Below, piece by piece: positions 28,073 through 36,996 of a stretch of 38,274 nt of DNA. Under the pieces are notes generated by a model. It made no database searches. It saw nothing but the letters and a program-made list of their open reading frames with translations, and was not told the origin of the DNA. The DNA comes from an uncultured Candidatus Saccharibacteria bacterium. Lineage in GTDB: Bacteria; Patescibacteriota; Minisyncoccia; Phycocordibacterales; UBA9973. Where the stretch lies: contig CAYNYY010000006.1 of NCBI GenBank assembly GCA_964401625.1, positions 1 to 38,274 of the forward strand. The letters run 5' to 3'. The translations under genes and the position numbers were made by a program. Within the stretch, counting starts at the first letter, position 1. Every line of letters starts with the position of its first letter.

Positions 28073-28199
28073 CATTTAATAATAGTTTATTTTTTTAATA
28101 TAAAAATTATTTTATGCTATAATTTAATTAGGTTAAAAAATTATTAGTTAAATTATAGCCATCTTTATTATATTATGATGAGCTAGAAAAATAATTATT

Positions 28200-28439
28200 A
28201 TGCAAAAAGTCAGAATATATAGTACCCCCACATGTCATTTTTGTCATATGGCTAGAGATTTTTTTAAAGAAAATAATGTAGAATTTGAAGATTTTGATGT
28301 TTCTCAGGATTTAGAAAAAAGAAAAGAGATGATGGATAAAAGTGGGCAAATGGGTGTTCCAGTAATAATCATTGGTGAAAAATTAATTGTTGGTTTCAAT
28401 AAACCACAGATTTCAGAACTTTTAGGGATTAAAGAATAG
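28200..28439 (+). CDS. Glutaredoxin-like protein (NrdH/YruB type)
   Basis: YSTPTCHFC, SGQMGVPV, VGFN. Confidence 0.9.
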   Translation: MQKVRIYSTPTCHFCHMARDFFKENNVEFEDFDVSQDLEKRKEMMDKSGQMGVPVIIIGEKLIVGFNKPQISELLGIKE

Positions 28440-28463
28440 TAGTATTTTTTAAAATAATAAAGT

Positions 28464-28497
28464 ATTATAAAAACACCACTAGTGGTGTTTTTATAAT
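28464..28497. terminator. Perfect 34-bp palindrome, probable terminator
   Basis: ATTATAAAAACACCACT/AGTGGTGTTTTTATAAT. Confidence 0.6.
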
Positions 28498-28510
28498 TTG
28501 TATATATCTT

Positions 28511-28585
28511 GCCCTTATAGTTCAATGGATAGAATAGCTCACTCCTAACGAGCTGATCCAGGTTCAACTCCTGGTAAGGGCACCA
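28511..28585 (+). tRNA. tRNA-Arg(CCT) with encoded CCA
   Basis: GCCCTTA/TAAGGGC acceptor, CT-CCT-AA loop, GGTTCAACT T-loop. Confidence 0.92.
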
Positions 28586-28722
28586 GAAATTAGATAATAA
28601 TAAAATTGCATTGGATGTGAATTATTGTTAATATTAAATTATAAGATTTAAATAAAAATTAGTCGGTTTATTCAATGATATTTTATTATTGAATAACACT
28701 ATTAAGTAAGTTTAAATAAAAT

Positions 28723-29043
28723 ATGATTAATGAAATTAATATAAAGGAAGCGAAGATGTATATTGATAATGGAGCAACAATTTTAGATGTTCGGACGAAA
28801 GAAGAATATAAACAGGGTCATATAATAGAAAGTATCAACATTGATATCCACAATCCAATTTTTGAAGAAGAAGCTAGTAAACTTAATAAAGAAAAAAGTT
28901 ATGTTGTATATTGTGCAAGTGGGGCTAGGTCTCTAATTGCCGTAGATGAAATGCTAAAACTTGGTTTTGAAAATGTACACAGTATGGCCGGCGGTATATT
29001 TGAATGGAGAAAAGAGGGGATGGAGATAACCAATAACATATAG
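28723..29043 (+). CDS. Rhodanese-like domain protein
   Basis: ILDVRTKEEY..GHI, YCASGARS, GGIFEW. Confidence 0.92.
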   Translation: MINEINIKEAKMYIDNGATILDVRTKEEYKQGHIIESINIDIHNPIFEEEASKLNKEKSYVVYCASGARSLIAVDEMLKLGFENVHSMAGGIFEWRKEGMEITNNI

Positions 29044-29105
29044 ATTGTTGTGTTTTTATTTTTGTGTTACCATTCGTAATATATAACTAATAAATTAAAA
29101 ATAAT

Positions 29106-29669
29106 ATGATAAAAATAAATGAACAAATTCCTGATTTTGAAGTTGATGCTTATTATCAAGAAGATATAAAAAAACTAAAATTATCTGATTATAAAGGTAA
29201 GTGGGTTGTATTAATGTTTTATCCTGCTGATTTTACGTTTGTGTGTCCAACAGAATTAGAAGATATGCAGAAACATTATGAAGATTTTAAGAAAAATGGA
29301 GCTGAAATAATGAGTATAAGTACAGATACTGCTTATGTTCATAAAGCATGGCATGATGAGTCCGAAGCAATAGGAAAAGTTAAATATCCAATGCTTGCAG
29401 ATCCAGCGGGAAAAATTTCAAGGATGTTTGGTGTTTATATAGAGGATGAAGGAATTGCGTTAAGGGGAACATTTATAATAAATCCTAGTGGAGTTCTTAA
29501 GGCAATGGAAATACATAATAATGATATAGGAAGGAGTGCTGCAGAGGCACTAAGAAAAGTTGAAGCTGCCAAGTTTGTTGAAGAACATTCCGGTAATGTT
29601 TGTCCAGCAAGTTGGACTCCTGGGGATGACATACTAAAACCAGGAATTGATTTGATAGGTAAAATATAA
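29106..29669 (+). CDS. ahpC: 2-Cys peroxiredoxin AhpC
   Basis: FYPADFTFVCPTE and VCPASW. Confidence 0.96.
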   Translation: MIKINEQIPDFEVDAYYQEDIKKLKLSDYKGKWVVLMFYPADFTFVCPTELEDMQKHYEDFKKNGAEIMSISTDTAYVHKAWHDESEAIGKVKYPMLADPAGKISRMFGVYIEDEGIALRGTFIINPSGVLKAMEIHNNDIGRSAAEALRKVEAAKFVEEHSGNVCPASWTPGDDILKPGIDLIGKI

Positions 29670-29867
29670 TTTGTCCAAAAAAAAGTTTTTATATATTAAT
29701 TTTTTCAAAAATAGATTTAGAGTTGGAATAATCATGTAAAAAAATATGGAGTATCTTGGTGGAGGTGATAAAGTTGGAGTAGAATATTTAAAGGATGCAC
29801 CAATAATTTAATAAAGTTAGTACTTTTTTAGCTTTTATTTTTATTATAATTATGTTATATTTTTTTT

Positions 29868-29948
29868 ATGGATTCTAGTATTAAGGAGCTTTTGGAAAAA
29901 AATTTAGAGTTATCTAAAGAAAATAATGAGCTTCTTCATAAAACCTAG
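29868..29948 (+). pseudogene. Possible truncated remnant of a small coiled-coil protein gene
   Basis: 26-aa ORF MDSSIKELLEKNLELSKENNELLHKT with protein-like heptad pattern, ending 12 nt before tRNA-Phe. Confidence 0.4.
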
Positions 29949-29960
29949 AGGAATGTAATT

Positions 29961-30033
29961 GCTTGGGTAGCTCAGTTGGTAGAGCACGCGCTTGAAGAGC
30001 GTGTGGTCGGCGGTTCGAGCCCGCCCCCAAGCA
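29961..30033 (+). tRNA. tRNA-Phe(GAA)
   Basis: GCTTGGG/CCCAAGC acceptor, CGCGC-TT-GAA-GA-GCGTG. Confidence 0.95.
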
Positions 30034-30059
30034 CATACAACACACAAAATAATATACAA

Positions 30060-30094
30060 AAAAAACACCTTAGCTTTAAGCTAAGGTGTTTTTT
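30060..30094. terminator. Bidirectional intrinsic terminator between tRNA-Phe and the Hsp20 gene
   Basis: A-tract, CACCTTAGCTT-T-AAGCTAAGGTG, T-tract, between convergent genes. Confidence 0.8.
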
Positions 30095-30097
30095 ATA

Positions 30098-30604
30098 TTA
30101 AATAGATTTTACTTTTAATTTTGTTTCTTTATTTTTATTTATCTTTGGAAGTCTGATGATAAGCAATCCGTGCTTCTCAATAGCTTCTGCTTCTTCCGGA
30201 TCTACTTCCTCAGGTAATGAAATCGTTCGGGAAAATGACCCCCAATATAATTCTTGAGTAAAATAATCTTCAGTATTGACTGATTGATTTTCTTCTCTTT
30301 TTCCACGAATTACAACCATATCACGAGTTATAGTAATTGATAGATTGTCAGGATGAACTCCAGCAACCATTGTTTGAATAATTATTTCACTTTGAGTTTG
30401 ATATAAATCAATAGTTAATTCTGCATCAGACTCATCTTCCATTTCTAACTTTTCTTCATTATGTATATCTTTTAAATCTACTGAGTTTTCGTCAGAGACA
30501 TTGATAGTTCTTGCTGTATTAGAAGAATGATTTTCTTGAGCATCTTCTTCTTCCATTCGGATGCTTCCAGTTAAACGTTCTAAAAATGATTTCTTTTTTT
30601 CCAT
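30098..30604 (-). CDS. Hsp20/alpha-crystallin small heat-shock protein
   Basis: ELYWGSFSRTISLP, GLLIIRLPK. Confidence 0.9.
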   Translation of the reverse strand: MEKKKSFLERLTGSIRMEEEDAQENHSSNTARTINVSDENSVDLKDIHNEEKLEMEDESDAELTIDLYQTQSEIIIQTMVAGVHPDNLSITITRDMVVIRGKREENQSVNTEDYFTQELYWGSFSRTISLPEEVDPEEAEAIEKHGLLIIRLPKINKNKETKLKVKSI

Positions 30605-30612
30605 AAGTAATT

Positions 30613-31332
30613 TTATTGCGTTACGTATGGGGAAATATGTTTTCCCATACGTCTTAATTTTTCAAAAATAAGAATATTAATAATTACGACGACCCATAAT
30701 AAACCAAAGACACTAAGAAAGTTTTCGCCATTTCCTTTCATTATAAAAAAATTAAAGGCACTATGCAAGATAATAGCTAACGAAATTCCTATTAAGGCAA
30801 ATCTATTACGATATTTTTTCAAGTAAAAAGATAAGCCAAGAGCACTTCCAATCATGCTACTAGAAATAGCATGCAGTAACGTTGATCCGAGGAACCTTAA
30901 GTTACCAGTTAGTAAACCAACTACCATTCCATTTGTCTTGATTGGCTCTATTAAATATAGCACATTTTCAACAGCAGCAAACCCAAGAGCTACAGCGATG
31001 AAATACATTGGATAGTCAATTGGCTCATCAATGATATTACTTGATAAAAGTATAATCATTACGCCGATGAATTTCAATATCTCCTCAATAGCTGCCCAAA
31101 CTATAATTTGAATTGTATTATTTTGAATAAAATTTAAAGAATATCTCTCCATCCAAATTGCAACAAAAACAAAAAGTCCCCCAATTAAAAATGTTAAAAC
31201 TATTAAGCCAATTGGTTCTGGCTTTTTATCATCTTCTTCTTTAAACCAAAACCAAAGCCAAAAAATTGCTGGTATTACACCACTAAGAACGGCTAAAATA
31301 AAACTTTTAGATTCTTCAAATAAATTTAGCAT
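30613..31332 (-). CDS. PrsW-family intramembrane protease
   Basis: KPEP, IEEILK, LGFAAVEN, LHA and LHSAFN motifs. Confidence 0.88.
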   Translation of the reverse strand: MLNLFEESKSFILAVLSGVIPAIFWLWFWFKEEDDKKPEPIGLIVLTFLIGGLFVFVAIWMERYSLNFIQNNTIQIIVWAAIEEILKFIGVMIILLSSNIIDEPIDYPMYFIAVALGFAAVENVLYLIEPIKTNGMVVGLLTGNLRFLGSTLLHAISSSMIGSALGLSFYLKKYRNRFALIGISLAIILHSAFNFFIMKGNGENFLSVFGLLWVVVIINILIFEKLRRMGKHISPYVTQ

Positions 31333-33581
31333 TACTTAATTATTGGCCACTTAGTTACTATTAATAATTTTTTATTTTTAATCGGAATAAAAGACCAAAT
31401 CTCTTCTGTTACAAATGGCATAAATGGATGCAGTATAATTAGTATTTTTATTAAGGTATGTAATAAAAATTGTTTTCTTGAAATGCTTTCTTCTCTCGTT
31501 CCATTCTCTAATTTTTTCTTACTATTTTCTATAATAACATCGGCAAATCTTGACCAGGTATATTGATATATTTTTTCTCCGACAAGATAAAATTTATATT
31601 CTTTCATTTCCTTAGTAATATTTTCAATAAGTTTATGTCTTTCTTTTATTAATTCTAAGTCCTTTTTCGTGTATTTATCAAAATCTTCATCATACTCTAT
31701 ATCAGCTGTATTACTTAAAACAAACCTAGCGATGTTCCAAAGTTTATTGGCATAGTTTTTATAAGCCTTAATTTTATTTTCAGACATTTTGCTATCATTT
31801 CCAGGACCTGTTCCAATAATAAGAGACATTCTAACCGCATCAGCCCCAAACTTTTTTGAGACATCAAGTGGGTCTATTATGTTGCCAAGAGATTTACTCA
31901 TTTTTCTTCCTTGAGCATCACGAACCAAACCGTGAAGATAAACTATCTTAAATGGAATTTCTCCGAGTAAATATTGACTCATTAAAATCATCCTTGCTAC
32001 CCAGAAAAATAATATATCATAGCCAGTCTCTAGAATATTTGTTGGATGATATATTATTAAATCTTTTGTTTGTGCTGGCCAACCAAGAGCTGAAAAAGTC
32101 CAAAGTCCAGAAGAAAACCAAGTATCTAAAGTGTCTGGGTCTTGTTCAAAATTTGCATTGCAATGTTCACATTTTTGGGGATCATTACCTATTATTATTT
32201 CTTCACATTTAGATACTTCTTTTTCTCTTCCGGGGATAGGAACACATTTTGGTTCATGATACCAAACAGGTATTCTGTGCCCGTACCATATCTGTCTAGA
32301 AATGCACCAGTCATGTAAATTTTCTATCCAATTATAATAAACCTTCTTAAAATGGTTAGGAATAATTGCAATATCTTCATTTTTGACTGGTTCCATCATC
32401 AATTCTTTTAAAGTTTTTCCACCTCTATCTTTGATTGGTTTATTTACATTTATAAACCACTGAAGTTTAGGTAATGGTTCTATTATTCCACCTGTTCTTT
32501 CAGCTTTTGAGATATTTTGAATAATTTCTTCTTCTTTTTCAAGTAAACCTTCTTTTTTAAGCCATTCTACTATAATTAGTCTAGCTTCTGTTGTTTTTTT
32601 ATTTAATATATTTTCACCACCTACAATCATTTTGGCGTATTCATTGATTACTTGTTTTGTAGGAAGATTATGTCTAGTCGCTATTTCTGAGTCTATTTTA
32701 CTATGAGCTGGAGTTACTCCTAGAGCTCCTGTTCCAAAATCTTTTTCTACTGATTCATCTCCAATAATTTTTATTTTCAATTCAACTCCACAGAAGTTTT
32801 TTATAACATAAGTTTTACCAATATACTTTTTATAGCGTGGATCTTTTGGGTGGACAGCCACTGCAGTATCTCCAACTTTTGTTTCGGGTCTTGTTGTTGA
32901 TATTGAGATAGGAAAATCCTTTGAATATTTGAAAGTATAAAATTTAGCTTTTCTCTCTTCATAAATAATTTCATCATCTGAAATAACTGTCTGACCTTTT
33001 GGGTCCCAATTGACAACACGATATCCTCTATAAATCAACCCATCCTCGTACATTTTCTTAAAAGCAGTACGAACAGCTAAATTACGCTTATCGTCAAGAG
33101 TGAAAGCTTCGCGAGACCAATCAACTGAAGCCCCCATTTTTTTCATTTGGTCAATAATTATATTATGACTATTTTTAGCAAACTTGTTGACTCTATTTAA
33201 AAATTCTTCACGACCTAAGTCACTCTTTTTAATCTTTTCTTTTTGAAGTAGTTTTTCAACTTTCGTTTGAGTTGCGATTGCGGCATGATCAGTTCCTGGA
33301 AGCCAGAGAGTTTTATAACCGTTCATTCTAGCGAAGCGGACCATAATATCTTCAATGGTAAGCATTGAAGCATGACCGATATGAAGAGTTCCAGTTACAT
33401 TTGGTGGTGGTAAAACAATGGAAAATGGTTCTGCTTTTTCATCAATTATTCCTTTTTCTATACAAACATCAGGGTTAAAAAATCCACTTTCTTCCCAAAG
33501 TTTGTATATCTTATCTTCAGTATTTTGAGGGTCGTAAGGTTTTAAGAGTTTAGGATTAATATTCAGATTATCTTCATTCAT
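31332..33581 (-). CDS. valS: Valine--tRNA ligase, lacking the C-terminal coiled-coil arm
   Basis: PPPNVTGTLHIGH, DWCISRQIWYGH, KMSKS; ATG at 33581 preferred; stop overlaps the prsW start (TAATG). Confidence 0.96.
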   Translation of the reverse strand: MNEDNLNINPKLLKPYDPQNTEDKIYKLWEESGFFNPDVCIEKGIIDEKAEPFSIVLPPPNVTGTLHIGHASMLTIEDIMVRFARMNGYKTLWLPGTDHAAIATQTKVEKLLQKEKIKKSDLGREEFLNRVNKFAKNSHNIIIDQMKKMGASVDWSREAFTLDDKRNLAVRTAFKKMYEDGLIYRGYRVVNWDPKGQTVISDDEIIYEERKAKFYTFKYSKDFPISISTTRPETKVGDTAVAVHPKDPRYKKYIGKTYVIKNFCGVELKIKIIGDESVEKDFGTGALGVTPAHSKIDSEIATRHNLPTKQVINEYAKMIVGGENILNKKTTEARLIIVEWLKKEGLLEKEEEIIQNISKAERTGGIIEPLPKLQWFINVNKPIKDRGGKTLKELMMEPVKNEDIAIIPNHFKKVYYNWIENLHDWCISRQIWYGHRIPVWYHEPKCVPIPGREKEVSKCEEIIIGNDPQKCEHCNANFEQDPDTLDTWFSSGLWTFSALGWPAQTKDLIIYHPTNILETGYDILFFWVARMILMSQYLLGEIPFKIVYLHGLVRDAQGRKMSKSLGNIIDPLDVSKKFGADAVRMSLIIGTGPGNDSKMSENKIKAYKNYANKLWNIARFVLSNTADIEYDEDFDKYTKKDLELIKERHKLIENITKEMKEYKFYLVGEKIYQYTWSRFADVIIENSKKKLENGTREESISRKQFLLHTLIKILIILHPFMPFVTEEIWSFIPIKNKKLLIVTKWPIIK

Positions 33582-33618
33582 ACTATAAAATATAGCATTT
33601 TTAAGATTTCTTTTCAAT

Positions 33619-34890
33619 TTATAAAGATAGATTTCCTTTGGCTTTAATTAAATTTATATTTTTTGCCATCTTCTTATTTTGGTATTGAAAATATCCAGCA
33701 ATGGCTATCATAAGAGCATTATCACCAGTTAATTTTTTAGAAGGGAAATAGATTTTTATTTTTTGAGTAGTCAGACTACTTAATTTTAGTTTTTGGACTT
33801 CTTCTTTCATCATTTTTTGTAAATATCTATTAGCTGAAACTCCACCTCCTACAATTAAGGTTTTAATTTGATACTCTCTTATTGCTTTAATTGTTTTATA
33901 GACTAGTGTTTCTACAACAGCATTTTCAAATTCTTTCGCAACTTTTGGTTTATCCTTTTCTCTAATTTTATTATCTCTCAGATAATAAAGAACAGCAGTT
34001 TTTAAACCAGAAAAAGAAAAATCATAATCCTTTGAATTTATCATTGGGCGAGGAAAATGTACCTGCTTCGACAAAATGTTTGATTTTTCAGGTCCTCGGA
34101 TAAGGGAGGACGAGGAGTCAGACCGTGAAAAATCAAGCATTTTATCTTCGCTTTTTCTCTCCATTTCTGCTAATTTAGAAATTTCTGGTCCACCAGGATA
34201 GGGAAGCCCGAGCATTCTAGCTACTTTATCAAAAGCTTCGCCAGCGGCATCATCTCGAGTTTGCCCAATTTTTTTATATTTCATCCAATCTTTTATTAAA
34301 ACTAATTCTGTGTGACCTCCTGAAACGAGCAACGAAAGCATCGGGAACAAACCATCTTTTTTATTGATCACAAAACTCTTACTTTTTTTAGGAAAAATGG
34401 AAAATATATGCCCCTCCATATGGTTAACTGGGATAATAGGAATATCCCAGTATTTACTAAGAGCCTTAGCAAAATTAATCCCAACCCACAATGCTGGTTC
34501 AAGTCCTGGACCTATTGTTACTGCGATGGCGTCAATTTTTGGTTTTCTAATTTTAGTTATTCCTTCTATAAAATTATCATAAAGTTTTGGTTCTTTCTCT
34601 AGTATTTTATTTAATTCTTTATTTCTTTGCGCCGATAATTTTATATCTTTTTTATAAGTAGAAAACAAATTTGCTTCCCTTAAAACTTTTTTAAAGACAT
34701 TAAAAATATTTTTAGTATGTTCTCTTTTCGCCATCATTGGGAAAACACCACCATATTGAGTATGTATTTTAATTTGTGAAGAAATATTATTCCCTAAAAT
34801 TTTAAAATTAACTTTTGATTCAATATTTTTTACCACAACAACCGCTATGGCAGTTTCATCACAAGATGTTTCAATAGCTAAAATATTCAT
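33619..34890 (-). CDS. tsaD: tRNA N6-adenosine threonylcarbamoyltransferase
   Basis: IETSCDET, NHMEGH, VSGGHT, DDAAGEAFDK, FSFSGLKT, DNALMIA. Confidence 0.96.
   Translation of the reverse strand: MNILAIETSCDETAIAVVVVKNIESKVNFKILGNNISSQIKIHTQYGGVFPMMAKREHTKNIFNVFKKVLREANLFSTYKKDIKLSAQRNKELNKILEKEPKLYDNFIEGITKIRKPKIDAIAVTIGPGLEPALWVGINFAKALSKYWDIPIIPVNHMEGHIFSIFPKKSKSFVINKKDGLFPMLSLLVSGGHTELVLIKDWMKYKKIGQTRDDAAGEAFDKVARMLGLPYPGGPEISKLAEMERKSEDKMLDFSRSDSSSSLIRGPEKSNILSKQVHFPRPMINSKDYDFSFSGLKTAVLYYLRDNKIREKDKPKVAKEFENAVVETLVYKTIKAIREYQIKTLIVGGGVSANRYLQKMMKEEVQKLKLSSLTTQKIKIYFPSKKLTGDNALMIAIAGYFQYQNKKMAKNINLIKAKGNLSL
34070..34146. repeat. Long imperfect palindrome inside the tsaD coding sequence
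   Basis: AAAATGTTTGATTTTTCA-GGTC...GACC-G-TGAAAAATCAAGCATTTT; outer arms match 17/18. Confidence 0.8.
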
Positions 34891-34947
34891 AAAAATACTA
34901 TATCATAAGAGTTTTTATTTAGCTATTTTTATGATAAAATAATGATA

Positions 34948-35526
34948 ATGGAGAAAAAACACATCATTACAATTGCTGGCACATTAGGAAGCGGAAAATC
35001 ATCAACTGCTAAAATGTTGGCCAAAACTCTTGATTATCATCATTATTCTACAGGTGATTTTATGAGAGAGATTGCCAATGAAAGAGGTATATCATTGGGG
35101 GATTTAAGTAAAATAGCAGAGAATGATCAATCTATAGATAAAATTCTTGATAATTATAATTTAAAAATAGGTAAATTAGAAAATGTGATTTTAGATTCTA
35201 GACTTGGTTTTTATTTTATTCCTGAATCATTTAAAGTTTTTCTTGAGCTCAATTTAGAGATAGCATCAGAAAGGATTTTAAAGGATAAAAATATCAATCC
35301 AGACAGACAGACAGAAGCTACAGGTGATTTTAATACCAAAGAATCTATTATTAAAAAAATAAAAGAAAGATTATTAAGTGAAAGAAAAAGGTATAAGGAA
35401 TTATATAATATTGAGGACCAAACTTCTCATGATAATTTTGATTTAGTGATTAACACGGAAGAGATACCTCTCGTTGATGTTGTTGAAAAAATTATAGAAG
35501 AATATAAGAAATGGTTAATAAGTTAG
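34948..35526 (+). CDS. cmk: Cytidylate kinase (short, archaeal-like type)
   Basis: ITIAGTLGSGKSS, STGDFMR, DSRLG, RYKELY; start 34942 or 34948. Confidence 0.8.
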   Translation: MEKKHIITIAGTLGSGKSSTAKMLAKTLDYHHYSTGDFMREIANERGISLGDLSKIAENDQSIDKILDNYNLKIGKLENVILDSRLGFYFIPESFKVFLELNLEIASERILKDKNINPDRQTEATGDFNTKESIIKKIKERLLSERKRYKELYNIEDQTSHDNFDLVINTEEIPLVDVVEKIIEEYKKWLIS

Positions 35527-35529
35527 ATT

Positions 35530-36936
35530 ATGAAGATATTAAATGAATTATTAGAAGGAATATCTATTTTAGATTCGCATGGAAATGTAAATGTTTCAGT
35601 TTCTTCGATATCCTTGAATTCTAAAATAATTGAGCCGAACTCTCTTTTCATAGCGTTAGTCGGAAACATTGTTGATGGTCATTCTTTTGTGAACGAAGTA
35701 ATAAAAAAAGGAGCAAAGGTTATAATTCATCAAAATGATTTGGATGAATATCAAAAAGCGATTACTTATATTAAAGTTTCTGATACTCATAAAGTTGCTG
35801 GTATAATTTCTGGTAATTTTTATGATAATCCTTCGCGAAAATTGAAATTAGTTGGAGTTACAGGAACAAATGGTAAAACAACTGTTGCAACTCTTCTTTA
35901 TCAGCTTTTTATTAGACTTGGTTATAAAGTTGGAATGATAGGTACGATAGTTAATAAAATAAATGATAAATCATTTGAAGCAGAACGAACAACACCCGAT
36001 TCTGTTATTTTAAACAAGTTACTTTCTGATATGGTTAATGCCGAATGTGAGTATTGTTTTATGGAAGTTAGTTCTCATTCTGTCCCGGAAAAAAGAATTT
36101 CAGGAATTTCTTTTGTTGGAGGAATTTTCACTAATTTAACTTTAGATCATTTAGATTACCATAAAACACTTGAAAATTATCGGAAAGCGAAAAGGGGATT
36201 TTTTGAGACGCTTCCAGCTAGTGCCTTCTCTTTAACTAATATAGATGATCCTAATGGATTAACCATCACTAAAACAACTAAGGCTAAAAAATATACTTAT
36301 AGCCTAGAACATTCTGCTGATTTTTCTCAAATGTTAGAAACAAAATTAATTGGAAGATTCAATCTTTATAATATTTTAGCTGTTTATGGAACTGCAATTT
36401 TACTTGGGCAAAATAAAGATAGGATCAAAGAAATAATTAAAACCTTAGATTCTATTCCTGGACGATTTCAACATATTAAAAATAAAAAAGGAATTACTGG
36501 TATTATTGATTATGCTCATAGTCCAGATGCATTAGATAATGTGTTGAAAACGATTAAAGAAATAAAAGGAAATGGAAAAGTCATTTCTGTTATAGGTTGT
36601 GGCGGAGATAGAGATAGAAGCAAAAGACCTATTATGGCTCGTCTCGGTTACAATATGAGTGATATTCTTATTCTTACATCAGATAATCCTCGAACTGAAA
36701 AGCCTGAAGCTATAATAGAAGATATGAAAAAAGGTATTGATGACTTTTATTTAGAAAATAAAGTTTTTATAATTACTGATCGCTATCAAGCTATTGAAAA
36801 AGCTTGTTCTTTGGCATCTTCGGGAGATTTTGTTCTGATTGCTGGTAAGGGTCATGAAAAATATCAAGAAGCCAACGGTGTTAAAACCCATTTTGACGAT
36901 ATGGAAGAATTACAAAAATATTTATTAAAAAAATAA
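35530..36936 (+). CDS. murE: UDP-N-acetylmuramoyl-dipeptide--diaminopimelate ligase
   Basis: GVTGTNGKTT, MEVSSH, DHLDYH, DYAHSPD, SDNPR (mDAP-type), AGKGHE. Confidence 0.96.
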   Translation: MKILNELLEGISILDSHGNVNVSVSSISLNSKIIEPNSLFIALVGNIVDGHSFVNEVIKKGAKVIIHQNDLDEYQKAITYIKVSDTHKVAGIISGNFYDNPSRKLKLVGVTGTNGKTTVATLLYQLFIRLGYKVGMIGTIVNKINDKSFEAERTTPDSVILNKLLSDMVNAECEYCFMEVSSHSVPEKRISGISFVGGIFTNLTLDHLDYHKTLENYRKAKRGFFETLPASAFSLTNIDDPNGLTITKTTKAKKYTYSLEHSADFSQMLETKLIGRFNLYNILAVYGTAILLGQNKDRIKEIIKTLDSIPGRFQHIKNKKGITGIIDYAHSPDALDNVLKTIKEIKGNGKVISVIGCGGDRDRSKRPIMARLGYNMSDILILTSDNPRTEKPEAIIEDMKKGIDDFYLENKVFIITDRYQAIEKACSLASSGDFVLIAGKGHEKYQEANGVKTHFDDMEELQKYLLKK

Positions 36937-36946
36937 ACTCTCAAAC

Positions 36947-36968
36947 AAAACCCAGCAAGGCTGGTAAC
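36947..36968 (-). repeat. REP-like hairpin, copy 3 (distal)
   Basis: Reverse complement GTTACCAGCCTTGCTGGGTTTT contains the exact 19-mer flanking the RAYT gene. Confidence 0.88.
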
Positions 36969-36996
36969 ATTATAAAACATAATTTATTTTTATCAA

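Noticed and set aside
31332-31400. ValS lacking its C-terminal coiled coil as a pseudogene
   Set aside because: Catalytic and anticodon-binding regions are intact, the stop is coupled to the prsW start, and short ValS forms occur naturally.
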